From the NCBI RefSeq assembly GCF_006345805.1, contig NC_043001.1:78554001-78618000 (forward strand): 64,000 bases of DNA. The letters run 5' to 3'. The translations under genes were made by a program, and so were the position numbers. How positions within the stretch are numbered: the first letter of the stretch is position 1; each line of letters opens with the position of its first letter. The notes under the pieces were generated by a model. The model made no database searches. It saw nothing but the letters and a program-made list of their open reading frames with translations, and was not told the origin of the DNA. The stretch comes from Octopus sinensis. Taxonomy: Eukaryota. Shown one piece after another: positions 25,150-38,790 of the stretch.

Positions 25150-25207
25150 AAAGTAGTAGTAGTAGTAGTAGTAGTAGAGGTAGTAGTTGTAGTAGTGATG
25201 GTAGTAG
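24942..25207. repeat. Compound microsatellite (CTA)n-(GAT)n-(AAT)n-(TTA)n-(TAG)n
   Basis: Seen directly. Confidence 0.97.
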
Positions 25208-25791
25208 AAATGTTGTTATTCAAGGCAAAGTTAGATGTTGTTTACATCTCTATCTACAGAGAAAGGATATGGCCAGATGATAGAGCTTTTCCTAAAAATA
25301 CGCTCATTCGGCTAACATCATGCAGATTGAGCCACTCCTTACAGGGTTCTCAAAAGAACCGATAAGGTTTTAGTTTATTTTAAGACAAAGTTTGTTTCTT
25401 TTCAACTCACTGACAAAAAGAAAAAAGGAAGTTCATATCAGTTTCACCTGACACTCCCCCACCCCATCCCGACATGTAAAACGTACAAAATTAAGCAACC
25501 CACGCACAGAAAACAAATAATAATAAAATATAACTGTAACTGGAGTGCAAAATATTGATAGTAAGCGCGAACTAAAATAAACACTGACACTTTAACTATA
25601 TCAAGTAGAAATTTTGTCTACAGCAAGATCAGCAAGAGAAGACAATTATGTTCCTTGAAATGAAAATATACTGAAAGATCGGATGCCTAGTAATATTTTG
25701 TTCGTCGAAATGCTGCCATGCTTCCACATTCGAATACAAAGGACTGTGAGAGGGAACAAGTAAACAATTTCTGGTTGCCAAAATTACATCA

Positions 25792-26088
25792 GTGGAGGTA
25801 CATGGTCCAGTGGTTAGAGCAGCAGACTCGCGAGTTCGAAACTTATAAGGGGCGATGTGTATGTTTATGAGCGAAACACTTAAGCTCCACGCGGCTCCAG
25901 CAGAAGGTAATGGCGAACTTCTGCTGACTCTTTCGCCACAACTTTCTCTCACTCTTCCCTCCTGCATCTTGCAGCTCACCTGCGACGGACCGACGTCCCG
26001 TCCAGGTGGGGAACCTATACGCCAAGGCAACCGGGAAACCGGCCCTAATGAGCCAGGAATGGCTCGAGAAGGAAAAATAAACAAGAAC
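25792..26088 (+). mobile_element. SINE family D (tRNA head, V/Meta-domain-like segment)
   Basis: ggaggtacatggtccagtggttagagc...gagttcgaaac head, then cctgcgacggaccgacgtcccgtccagg and aaccgggaaaccggcc. Domain label is from memory. Confidence 0.65.
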
Positions 26089-26329
26089 ACATCAGAGGAT
26101 TTTTACATTCCGTCAATGTAAGAAGATATTTTAAGCGAAATGTCTTTTCCTGAGAGCGGAAAGGTTTTTATAAAATAGAAGTTGGATCTAAGATAGAAAC
26201 CCAAATTGTACGCGACACACTTGTCCATAAAGTGACATTTAGGAAAGAACACAAGGGTCACTCTAAAGACATCATTGACGATGTTGACATCTGACTAGTA
26301 TCCATATTTGTGGAGCAATAAGAGTAGGT

Positions 26330-27075
26330 TACAGTTTTTCCGTAGCCGCTTAGTAAGACGTCCAAACGCAGACGAAGTTTTAGCAATACAATAAGCATTG
26401 TCTAGCTTATTGCCATACGACGCGTTGTTACTTTGGTAACTAAAATGAGTGTCGCTGTTTAGTATGTCTCTTGATATTTCGATATTACCAGCCTCTATAT
26501 TTGATTAGGATGATGGTTCATCGTTAAGTACCTTAGTTGTATTCTAATTGATCTGAAGGCCGAAGTCATGTGTAGACTCAGCAAATGCTGAAGTAATTTC
26601 TTACACGTTCGCATGTGTGCGTGTCTTCTACGAGGGCAGTGTCATCTCTAAAGATTAGTTCACGAATGAAACAGATTTATCTCAATGAAAGTAAATAGTA
26701 AAATTCACAGAGCCATCTTCAACTCAAATTTATGGAACAGAAACATGGCCACATAAAAAAACACAAACCAAAAGGATCAGAGTTTTTGTCATGAGCATGA
26801 AATAGTGGCAACATATCTTAAAGTCTGAAGTCCTCTCGAAGGCTAGTTTTCAATCCATGCACCATCAATTGATGGAAAAAATCTCCGTTGGACAAGAAGC
26901 GTTGCCACACTTCTCGATGAAATCTTCTCAAAGAAGTCTATTCATGCAACCGTCAGATTTCTATCGAAACATTGGTAGTACCAAAATGAGATTCAACGAC
27001 ACTGTCAAGCAGAACCTAAAAGGTCGACCGATCTGCTCTGATAAGTGGGACTTGCTAGACGGTGATTGATTTATC
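26330..27075 (+). mobile_element. RTE-clade LINE, decayed RT C-terminal fragment
   Basis: Frameshifted remnants KYLSCIL, YGTETWPH, KSEVLSKA, LRWT and MRFNDTVKQNLK...WDLLDGD. Confidence 0.7.
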
Positions 27076-27329
27076 TGGAAACATTTGAATTATGAAGTCA
27101 TTTTCGTTAACGACTGATAGATGGATCAGTAGATGGTAAGTGCACATGTGACATATGGGGATCAATAGTCGATTGGGATCGCTACGGCTATTGAAGTCAT
27201 GAGAAACCCGAAAGGTTACAAAAAAACCCCAACAAAAAACAAATAAGGAAAGTAATTTGCGTAGTTGGGGCTTCAAGAAAGATCTTTAAACTCAACAAGG
27301 AAAATATGACCAAATTGTTAAAATTTTGC

Positions 27330-27830
27330 CGCGAAACCTTGAACGAATGATTTTCGGCACATTTATTCTTAACGCGTCTAGGTAGTTTCAGATGCAAAAT
27401 ATCCAAGTATCTTCAGTATATGCCATAGACGAATAACTTCTCTCCCTTACGACCACTGTGTGTTCAACACAATGGGCTCATGCCATTCTGGGGAACCGGT
27501 GTTTCGACATGCTGTTTCGTAATCCAGAAGTAGCCGAAAGTTTGAGTCTAGCAAAAATCACTGGTTTTGTTTATACTTTTATTGATCAAATTTTTGATGA
27601 TCCGTGCTTACATCTGCGAAGCAAACAAAGTCGTTATTTTCACTGTGTACATCGAGATCTAGAACGATTTCTTTTCCACATCCAGGTAGGCTCAAACACA
27701 ACATATTTTGTGTCCGAATCTGCCTAGATGTATTAAATCTGCAAAATAACCATTCCAGATCTCACTGTACATGGTGTAAATACTGATTTTTTACTTGTAA
27801 AAATATTCTGCATGGAATGTCTAAAATAAC
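27330..27830 (-). mobile_element. Decayed non-LTR RT fragment (clade unresolved)
   Basis: Minus-strand remnants YLDVEKKSF (cf. FLDxxKAFD), PVPQNGMSPL (cf. GVPQGxxLSP) and YTEDT (cf. YADD), in the expected order. Confidence 0.5.
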
Positions 27831-27929
27831 TAAAAGAACAAGTCATGGAACCGGTTGTACCAAGCAGAACTCGTGAATCGGGAAATGAAATTGCTCCACT
27901 ACCACGAGGCTCGTTTATGACCATTATTG

Positions 27930-28518
27930 GGGGAAGGGAGAGAGAGTGGGAGAGAGAGAAGTGCATGCCATCAAAGTGACACTGGGGTAAAATATACGAA
28001 ACCTAGTATAACCATCATGCCTACCCGTATGATAAGCGTATACCAGGCACATGCATCACAAACATAAGTGCGCGACACGGTAATATCGTTTTAAGATAAA
28101 CAGCGCATGACCCTGCAGGTGAGGTCCAGTTAGGCTTTTGTTCGGGTCGAGTACCCTATCTCACTCAAAAGGTCTCTGAAAAAGATTTTATTTAAGGATA
28201 TTGAACAAAACAATCATGTTTCCAGAAGTGAATTCTCCTCAAGACATGGAAATGCGGCTCCCCCACTACTTGTGCACGTGATCAGAGATAAACATATCAT
28301 CAATCACTAAGGGACATACGCAAATGGTTACGGTCAAGCAACTACAAGAAAATCTGTGGTACTGAGTAGAATATTTGCTGCAGCCCATCTTTTATATCAA
28401 GAAAAATCAATGTATATGATAACACTTTCAATCAGTTAAGATCAGAAGCTATGAAAGTCAGTTCCTGGTATTGCATCAGAGGATCCATGAGAGCCAGTGC
28501 CTGTTACTGCATCAGGGC

Positions 28519-28520
<2 letters not shown>
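27930..28520. repeat. ~590-bp interspersed repeat abutting a (TTA)n tract
   Basis: Second partial copy at 8552-8706. Ends at gggcat|ttattattatt. No coding motif seen. Confidence 0.65.
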
Positions 28521-28559
<39 letters not shown>

Positions 28560-29537
28560 TATTATTATTATTATTATTAATGATAATGATAATACTAATG
28601 CTGTTGTTATTTCTAATGTATACATAGTCTTACGTCTGTATGCGTATATTGTGTTCGTATATATACTTATGTATCTATCTCTACGTCTATCTGTCTATGT
28701 ACATATACACACATACTCCGTCTCTGTGTCTCTCAATCTCTCTCTTCCTCTCCTTCTCCCTCTCTCTTTTTCATACATACATACGCGCATATATACATTT
28801 CAATTGTAGCTGTAGAAGGTGTAAATAAATAATCGTTCAAAAGGAAAAATAATCTCCAACTTGTTCTATCCACAAAACTGACAACATTACAGTTAAATTA
28901 ATGATCATATTATTGGTGTTCAATTAGTAGTCATCAATACTGTTGTCGCACTAAAGTTGGAATCATTTTACCCTTGCAGAGCAACGAAAATGTAATCCAG
29001 CCAGTTACACGTGCTGCCTTGTTCAGTTATAAAACTACTCTTGGAAGACTTACACCTATTGATTTTCCGATACACGCGAAGTGATAATTACGAAGGATAT
29101 CATACAGTTCGTGTATGGTTCTGAATGGTGATATCGTGTATGAATATCGAGCATCGTAAGTTTACTGTTCGTCACATGAGATGAACAATATACCAGCGAA
29201 CTGACTTTCATTTAAAGCTGGGCATTTTCCGTCATCTCAAACAACAAATACACGCTCATAACATGTAATTATACAGCGGCTGCTGAATGCAAATATACAC
29301 ACTTACATACATGCCATATATATATATATACACGCACATACACAGTCTCTCTATATATACATATACAACATACTCTTGTAAGCTTCTAATAAAACGTATA
29401 TATTTCTGTCTTTGTTTCACGTTCACCATTCGTACAAATACACACACATACATACACAAACACAGACACAGACACACACACACACACATATATCTGTATA
29501 TATCAATATGTATGTATGTATGTATGTATGTATGTTG

Positions 29538-29609
<72 letters not shown>

Positions 29610-29614
29610 TATAT

Positions 29615-29735
29615 GTAGGCGCAGAAGTGGCTGTATGACACCTTAGGCAAGTGTCTTCTACTACAGCCTCGGGCTGACCAAAACTTTGTGATTGGATTTG
29701 ATCGACTGATAGTGAAAGGAACCCGTCGCATATAT
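29615..29735 (+). mobile_element. SINE family A 5' half with internal deletion
   Basis: taggcgcagaagtggctgtatg joined directly to caccttaggcaagtgtcttctactacagcctcggg. Confidence 0.8.
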
Positions 29736-30231
29736 ATATATATATATCAACTCACACACAGACACACACACAAATATACATTCATTTATGCAAATATATG
29801 CGTATGTATTTGCATGTGCCTTTGGTTCTTTGTCAGTTTCGAACACTCGTGTGCATGGTATATGCGTGTGTCAGTTCTTGCATATGGATTGAGGTGTTTC
29901 TCTAAACTGTAAATTATTATTAATATTTCCTTCTCCGAGACATACTAGACTAAATGTAGTTTTAGTTGTATCAGTTACTAGGTTGTAAATATATGACGAA
30001 ATCCATTACACTTTATAATATATAATAGAATATGACATAAAAATTGACTCAGGCATGACAGGCATGGCACTTCGCAATCATCTGTTTTTAGGTTCAGTCA
30101 TACTGTGCGACACCTCGGGTGCCTTTTACTATAACCCCAAGCCGACTTGTAGCTTGTGAATTAATTTGGCAGATAGAAGCTCCGTGGAACTCCGTCTAAC
30201 AAAAAGAAACACGCTCCACACGAGTGCGTGT

Positions 30232-30316
<85 letters not shown>

Positions 30317-30725
30317 TAGGCGCAGGAGTGGCTGTGTGGTAAATAGCTTACTTACCAACTACATGGTTCCGGGTTCAGTCCTACTGCGTGGCACCTTGGG
30401 CAAGTGTCTTCTGCTATAGCCGCGGGCCGACCAAAGCCTTGTGAGTGGATTTGGTAGACGGAAACTGAAAGAAGCCCGTCTTATATATGTATATATATAT
30501 ATGTGTGCGTGTATGTTTATGTGTCTGTGTTTGTCCTCCTAGCATTGCTTGACAACCGATGCTGGTGTGTTTATGTCCCCGTCACTTAGCGGTTCAGCAA
30601 AAGAGACCGATAGAATAAGTACTGGACTTACAAAGAATAACTCCCGGGGTCGAGTTGCTCGATTAAAGGCGGTGCTCCAGCATGGCCGCAGTCAAATGAC
30701 TGAAACAAGTAAAAGAGTAAAAGAG
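30317..30725 (+). mobile_element. SINE family A, full-length young copy
   Basis: taggcgcaggagtggctgtgtgg...ggttcagtcc...ccttgggcaagtgtcttct...gactgaaacaagtaaaagagtaaaagag, flanked by (TA)n. Confidence 0.93.
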
Positions 30726-32280
30726 TATATATATATATGCAGTTCTATATTTAAGGGATGAGAAATTATGTACATTATTTATATTACTTACATTTGACGG
30801 ATATTTGTCTTGAACTTTTTTGTTATTACTTCACTGTGGGATGAAGTTAAAACAATAGACAGAGAACACCACTGGAAAATACAGAAACTAAAAGAAGCAG
30901 CACATATGCTAGGACACAATAACCTCCTAAGCAAACCGAGTGCAAATACGAATAACATATGGTCACAGCGAGAGAGCTGAAGCTTATAAAAGAATAAAAG
31001 AATATATATACACACATATATTGTGTATGTGTATGTGTGTGTGTGTGTATTTGTATCTGTGTTTGCCCCTACACAGTTTGATGATTGGTGTTGCCTTGGT
31101 TTCATCCTCATGATTTAGCTGATCGGCAAATAAAACTAAATGAATAAATACCAGAATTGGAAAGCATAAAAAACTGAAGGTGATTTCTTCGACCAAATCC
31201 TTTAACGAGTTGCTCCAGCAAAGCCACAGTTCAACAATGTCTGAAACCAGTAAAATAATTAAAGAATAATAACACATCACAATATATAAGCTTGCAAAAG
31301 AGATTTTGTGAATGTCTCACCATTGAAATTGCTTCAATGTCAACACGTGTCAATTCAAGTCACAAGCACAGCTTCGAAATTTGTAAATCTGTTTTGACAT
31401 GAAAAAAATAAATAAATGAAAAAGAAAAGAAAAAAAAAACAATAAACATGCGTGACTCTACTTACATAATAAAATAGTGAAGCCGGAGAGTTTCTTACAA
31501 TGTCAAAAAGAATAAGTTCAGCAATCTCTAGTAAACAGAAGTACACAATCAAGAAATGTTAGTCTATACAGTGCCAGTCATATTGATCGTACTATATATA
31601 CAGTAGCATTTTTGAATGCTTACTTCTGATGATGGGTCTTTGTGCTTGAAATATAAATGTTATTAAACTCTTTTTTGCATTGTAATAACTCTCGGTCTTC
31701 ACAATTTTATTATTTTACTCCTTTCTCACAATGCTACAACAAGCTATAACACTATTCTATAATTGCACGTACGCACACAGCCTCACACACACACACAAAT
31801 ACATACACGCTTCAAAGTTAAGCATGAATATATTGGATAATGCTATTGTTATGAATGCTATTAAGTTAAACTTCAATATTTCTGTAGAGTTTGTGAAATG
31901 GAAACAAATAAATCTATCATTTGTGTAGATTTCTGTAAGTTCCCAATACACCGGCTGAAAGTATTAAGTTTATATTAAAACACATTTTTAATTGTTCTTA
32001 TATGCTTATTGATAAGACAATGGTATATATAACTATGTCTATGAATATGAATGTTAATTTAATTTATTTAATAGTCTTCATATGGGGTCATTAGCTTCGG
32101 TTTACAGCAGACAAAATATTAGCACCCTGCATTTTTAATAGCTAGATTCACAAGCATTTGCGTAACTCGATGTAGCAAATAACGCATGGAGAATCGATTT
32201 GACTGTTTTTGCGGTGCGTATTAATGAAAGATATATAGATACTCATATACACAAACACAAATACACACACACAAACACAC

Positions 32281-32322
<42 letters not shown>

Positions 32323-32774
32323 AAACACACACACACACACACTAATACGCACAAACATACAAGCAAAAATACACACTCATACACCTATACGCTTGTTATT
32401 GTAATCTCAGGTTGAGATTTTGTGAGCGTTTTGTCATAATAGAAAATAATGTTGTTATAGAACGTCCAAAGAATTTATCTTAAGTGTGCGCAGAACTTAC
32501 CAGATTTCGCCCTTCTATTTGTCTGGCCTGAATTAGTACACACACTGCCATGTACCAGAATCAAAAGAACACATGCAAAAAAAAAAAAAAAAAATAGGCT
32601 TAAAAAACCCTAAACTGATCGATAGTGATATTTCTTACCAACGCAGTCCATGTCATTTGCGAATTTCTTTATCGAGTTTTATCTAATAAAATCAAATCAA
32701 ATTCGCCCCTAAACGGATGATCGAATGATGCAAACGGAATGTACAAAATAACATAAGTAACCGGAATATGAAAT

Positions 32775-32920
32775 AGGACTGGTACTTATTTCATCGACTT
32801 CAGTTGGATGAATGGCAAAGTCGATCTCAGCGGAAATAGAACTCAGAATGTCAAGACGGATGAAGTAGTGCTAAGTATTTTGTCTGGCGCGTAACGATTC
32901 TGCCAGTTCACCGACTTGTT
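32775..32920 (-). mobile_element. SINE family B, head and central domain
   Basis: ctggtacttatttcatcgac...ggcaaagtcgatctcagcgga...gaactcagaa...cgattctgccagttcacc. Confidence 0.8.
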
Positions 32921-34798
32921 GTCAGTTCAGCCTTGTACGCTACAGGTATCCTGTAACCCAGTTCAACCTGTTGTGTGGTTTAGTCGTCAGTGACAAAACC
33001 GGAAACACCACTAAGTTTTCTTGATGAGAAGGGTGGTTATTAGAAACCTTGTGAGGTGCAGCACAAAAGCCGACAAAGGGCGGTCATTTAATATGCTGAA
33101 AGAAACGAAGGGAAGAAATTGAATGACTACCTTTTATGTGGTAAGTCCGAAGGAATGAAAGGCAATTATAAGGCTAAGATGGTGACCCAAGAAAATCACT
33201 CAAACGGGGATCTCGCGAGACACGCATTTGTAATAAGCGATAACAAGGATGAATAATACAACCGAATCAAGCACCAGGGTCGCGTTTGAAAGTCAATCGG
33301 ACTGTAAATCCCTACTGGTTGGGATTGGTTGTTCAATCACATCAAAAGATAATAATGATGATGATGATGATGAGACAGGAAACAACCTGATGCGACTTTT
33401 AATGTGCTCTTATTCATGTCCCCCATCTCGTGAATTTTTATATTACTGCGTTAAATTACATGTGACAGTCACACATCTATCACCAGTCCATGAAGCATTA
33501 ATAACAGAGAAACTAAAGATGTAGACATGATACTTAGCTATGATGACATTGTAGAAAACTTGACCCATAGATATAATATATCCTCATTTTTCCAGTAACT
33601 TAAAGATAAGTTAATTTACTCAGAAAAATCTGACATGGCATTTGCTAGAAGTGATATTGTAGTTTCGGTAATACTTAGAATGAAACGATAAGTTATATCA
33701 CTTTATTTATGGAATAACAATACGTCAGTATTCTATTTTTGCATTTAATTTGCAAGATTCTTGATGCAAACGTGTTTTATGTTGGGAGGTTCACTATGCC
33801 AATAATAAACACATGTATCGGTTCTGATTCACTTCCTCGATAGTTTATTGTCAATTGGTTAAGTATTTAACCAATTAAGTAATGCATTATACTTTTAAAT
33901 TTTCGGTCAGTCAGACTGATTTATCAAAATGTATTTGTCTCCATTCGCGACCTAATCAATTAAATGGCCCCTCTACACCAGCTCTAATCTAAGTCTATCT
34001 GTCCTGAATTTATGTTTATTGTGTTTTTATGCCTATAACGAGAATCTTTCCAAAGTAACTTTATATATTAAATTCAAGATATTATATCATAGAACAAAAA
34101 ATACGAAGTTTAAAAATTATAAGAAATTTTTCAAAAAGAATAACAAAACACATATTTTCGTATATCGACAAATAATAGCTACTATGAAATCTTTAACAGA
34201 AATTTTCTTAAAGATAACTAATCTTTCCATCACGGTAATCTCTCTCTATATATATTCAAAAACGTTGTCGAACACTAAAAATTCTGCTTCTCGTCTTACC
34301 TTGTAAATACATTGATCCAATGAATTTTTGCCAACGCAGTTAGCTGTCGAATGCTTAAAATTATTGTGCTAACTTGCAACCAGACAATATTATTGGGTTC
34401 AAATCCTTCCTCTGGCCAAATGAAGATATATTCAAATGCACTTACATCTATTTTTCAAGGTTTAAGCTTATAAAATTTTGGAAATTTATCAGCGATTTTT
34501 CAATGAGTTAAGTGCAAGAGAGCTTAAAATTAAATTGAGTTTTTTGGAGCAAATTGCACTGTATACTCATGAAGCCTTTCGTTCTAAATTGTTTTGAAGT
34601 ATGTCTTCTAAGCTTTATCACAAAACTACTGTAATTTAGACCAAAAGTTTGTCTTTTCGTTATTGCAAGCACGCTTTTAAGTACGTGCTGTATCAACTGC
34701 CTCAATATTTACCTATTAAAATCTCCAACTTCTGAAGACAATTGAGTCAAATAACCACCATTTGATCGGGCCTCCGCACCTCCTTTAATTATTTAAAC

Positions 34799-34918
34799 AT
34801 AGGCGCAGGCGTGGCTGTGTTGTAAGAATCACATGGTTTTGGATTCAGTCCTACTGCGTGGCACCTTGGTCGAGTGGTTTCCCCTATAGCTTCAGGACGA
34901 CCAAAGCCTTGTGGACAG

Positions 34919-34949
<31 letters not shown>

Positions 34950-35170
34950 TGTGTCTGTGTTTGTCATCCCATCACCGTTTGTAAAACGATGCTGGTGTGC
35001 TTACGTCCCTGTAACTTAGCGTTTCGGCACAAGAAATTTATAGAACAAGTACTAGGCCCAAGAAACAAATTCTGGGGTCGATTTGTTCGACTAACACCCC
35101 TCAAGGTGGTGCTCTAGCATAGCCGCAGTCAAATGACTGAAGCAAATAGAAGAACGGGAGAATAAAAGAC
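34799..35170 (+). mobile_element. SINE family A
   Basis: ataggcgcaggcgtggctgtgt...cagtcctactgcgtggcaccttgg...gccgcagtcaaatgactgaagcaa. Confidence 0.88.
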
Positions 35171-35767
35171 TACTTTATATATATTTGAGATTTTTCGAAT
35201 TAATTTCATCACATGTTTCGGGTAAGAAGTATACACAGGTTTTCGTTTTCGTTTTTTTAAACTCACCCCAACAACCATTTTCTTCGAACTCGATCAATTG
35301 TTTAAAATATCATGTTTCTGCTTTTTAATGTATTCGATATTTCTTCCTATTATATTCGTATGTTTATACATACCAATATCTCCGAGTATTTATACACGCC
35401 CCTATATCATATTCCCATATATTTTTCGATATTTTCAACCAGCTTCCTCTCTTCAAGCTTTGATTTCTATTCAAAAGTTGCATGACCAACTTATAAGATA
35501 CTTTATTGTCTTCTTTCAACCATATTCAATTGACACTTATTTTGATATTCACACATTTCCGTTGTGTGCCTTTTTATAAAACTTCCATTTGTTCTATCTT
35601 TCTTAATCCTCCGAATATCGGAATCGAGAAACACAGAATAATGATTGGCGAAATTTTATTATGAAATATGTTTATATTTATATGTATCTACACACACACA
35701 AACACACACACACACATACACACACACACACATACACACGCGCGCGCGCACACAAACACACACATAC

Positions 35768-35832
<65 letters not shown>

Positions 35833-36329
35833 TATGTACATATACATACGTTTCTATACATAGATAGACACACACACACATACATCTAGATGTGACCATA
35901 TATACATTTTAAGCAATAACGCATATATACATATGTCTGTGTGTATATTGGTCTGTGTACATGTATACGCGTGTATAAAACATAGAGAAGTCCTACACTA
36001 ACATCTTTGTACCAAAAGATAAGAGAAAATAATAATCGATCGAAATAGCAATACATTTTTCTTTTCCATTTATTTAAGATAGTTTGATTAACATCTCTAA
36101 TACCTTTCTGTTCCCCACCGCCCCCGCCCCTCCTCCTCCTCCTCCTTCTTCTTCTTCTTCTTCTTCTTCTTCTTCTTCTTCACTCTCACGTCCATTTGCT
36201 TATCTTTACGTTGTCGCCATAAGTATTTCCACCAGATCTTCGCTCAGTTCTTGAAAGCACTAAAGTCTAATAGAGCTAGCGTGCTCACCGTTCACTCACC
36301 AGAAGAAGCACAACTATCGTCAGCCCTCC

Positions 36330-36362
36330 TCTTCTTTCTCTTCCCACTCATCATCATCTTCG

Positions 36363-36396
<34 letters not shown>

Positions 36397-36737
36397 TACT
36401 ATCATCATCATCTCCATCATCATTACCATCATTATCACCATCATCACTACCATCATCATCACCACCATCATCACCATCATCATGACAATCATCACCATCA
36501 ACACCATCAACACCATTACCATCATCATCATCATCACTATCATCATCATCATTTCCATCATCACCACCATCATTAGCACCATCATCACCACCATCATCAT
36601 CATCATCTTCGTCATCATCATCATCATCATCATCCTCATCACTATCATCATCATCATCATCACTATCATCATCATCATTTCCATCATCACCACCATCATT
36701 AGCACCATCATCACCACCATCATCATCATCATCTTCG

Positions 36738-36770
<33 letters not shown>

Positions 36771-36998
36771 CCATCATCATCATCCTCATCACTATCATCA
36801 TCATCATCACCATCATCATCACCAGCATCATCACCATCAACACCATCATCATCACTACCACCACCATCATCATCGTCATCATCATAATCATCATAATCAT
36901 CATCATCATCGTCATCGTATCATCATCATCATCGTCATCGTCATCGTCATTGTCATTGTCATCGTCATCGTCGTCGTCGTCGTCATCATCATCGTTAC

Positions 36999-37032
<34 letters not shown>

Positions 37033-37104
37033 GTCATCGTCGTCGTCATCGTCATTGTCATCGTCATCGTCATCGCCGTCGTCGTCGTCATCATCATCAT
37101 CAAT

Positions 37105-37155
<51 letters not shown>

Positions 37156-37170
37156 GTCATCATCATCATC
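36330..37170. repeat. Long degenerate (CAT)n/(CGT)n microsatellite (source of the spurious 525-aa ORF)
   Basis: Seen directly. Internal ~126-bp duplication (atttcc at 36551 and 36677). Confidence 0.95.
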
Positions 37171-37937
37171 GCCAGTTGCAGCACCATTGCGAAAACAATC
37201 ATATTTTATGAGCCAATGTAAGATCTCCTATATAACCTCATGGACTGTTAGGAACGGAAATCAAAACGTTCTTGAAAGCAGACAATTATCTATTATAATA
37301 TTTAAAAAAAACAGAAGCGAGGAACAAGCACCAGGGATTCTGTATTTGGTCCTGCGGTCTGCTAAAATTAGCAGCCAAAACACCCTCAAATATATTCTGC
37401 ATGTTCTGCTTTTGATACCTTACTTTTTTTATTCTATCTTTTGTTTATTATTTCGTTTCTTCTTTCTTTTTCCTCACTTAATCATTTATTCATTTATTCA
37501 TTCTTCAGCTTTCATTTCTTTCTGTCTTGATTTCCTTCCCTCCCTCCATCCCGCTAGCTTTCTTTCTTTCAGTTTTACTGTGTTTCATTCTTTCTCTATT
37601 TCATTCTTTTCTTCCTTCTTTCTGTATATTTTTTCTTTTTCTTCCTTTCATTTTTCATTCTTAGTTTGCTTCTTTCTCTTTTTTCTTCGTTTATTTTTTT
37701 CTTGTATTCTTTCTTTCTTGCTCTCTTTCTTTCTTCCTTCTCTTCTTCCTTCCTTCCTTCATTCCTTTCTTATCTTTATCTCTTTCCTTCCCATTGACAT
37801 TTCATTGATTTCTCACCAAAATCTTTAAAACCCTATTAAGTAAGAATATTTTTTTTATTTTATTTCATTTTGACCGGTTTTGCACATCTTAAACTGAAGT
37901 AAACGACCCTATTGTACACTCCATTCGCAACACCCAT

Positions 37938-38021
<84 letters not shown>

Positions 38022-38301
38022 ATACTCATTCACACAGACAGCAACAGTAATGGCGGCAGCAACACCATCACCATCACCAACGGCAGTGCACTAACGAAAC
38101 TACGTTAGCAATGCCAAAAGTTGTCGCAGAAAAGCAGAAATCAATTTAAGAGTCGAGAATTCCTGATATTTCTGTCCATACAAACAAGCTGGATTGTTTT
38201 GCAGTCACACGTCTATAGGTATCTGTGTGATGCTTTCATTGTTTGTAAGTGCCAACTTATGTGTATCTATGTGTTTGCGTTTGTGTATGGCAGGGAAGTG
38301 T

Positions 38302-38334
<33 letters not shown>

Positions 38335-38423
38335 CACATACACACACGCATATGTATATATGTATGTGTGTTAGAATATATCCAAGAAGTTATTAGACTC
38401 GCATGGAAGGTTATGTGAGTAAC

Positions 38424-38474
<51 letters not shown>

Positions 38475-38593
38475 TTGTTGTTTGCATGACACATATATAT
38501 ATATGTGCGTGTGTGTGTGTGTATGTATATATGCACACGTGGATCTAGGTATCTGTGTGAGTCTACTATGATTATAGAGACACATAGAAACGT

Positions 38594-38627
<34 letters not shown>

Positions 38628-38731
38628 TACATATATATATATACACACATTCACAAAATACTCGTGTATATGTGTGCGTGTGCATATATATATATGTTTG
38701 TATATATATATATACATACAAACAAATATAT

Positions 38732-38790
<59 letters not shown>

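Noticed and set aside
33853-33876. 10-bp perfect hairpin aattggttaa-gtat-ttaaccaatt
   Set aside because: Short and AT-rich, plausible by chance, with no supporting context.
36251-37828. 525-aa ORF, the longest in the track
   Set aside because: Stop-free reading of (CAT)n and a pyrimidine-rich tract (poly-I, poly-S, F/L/S-rich) with no domain.
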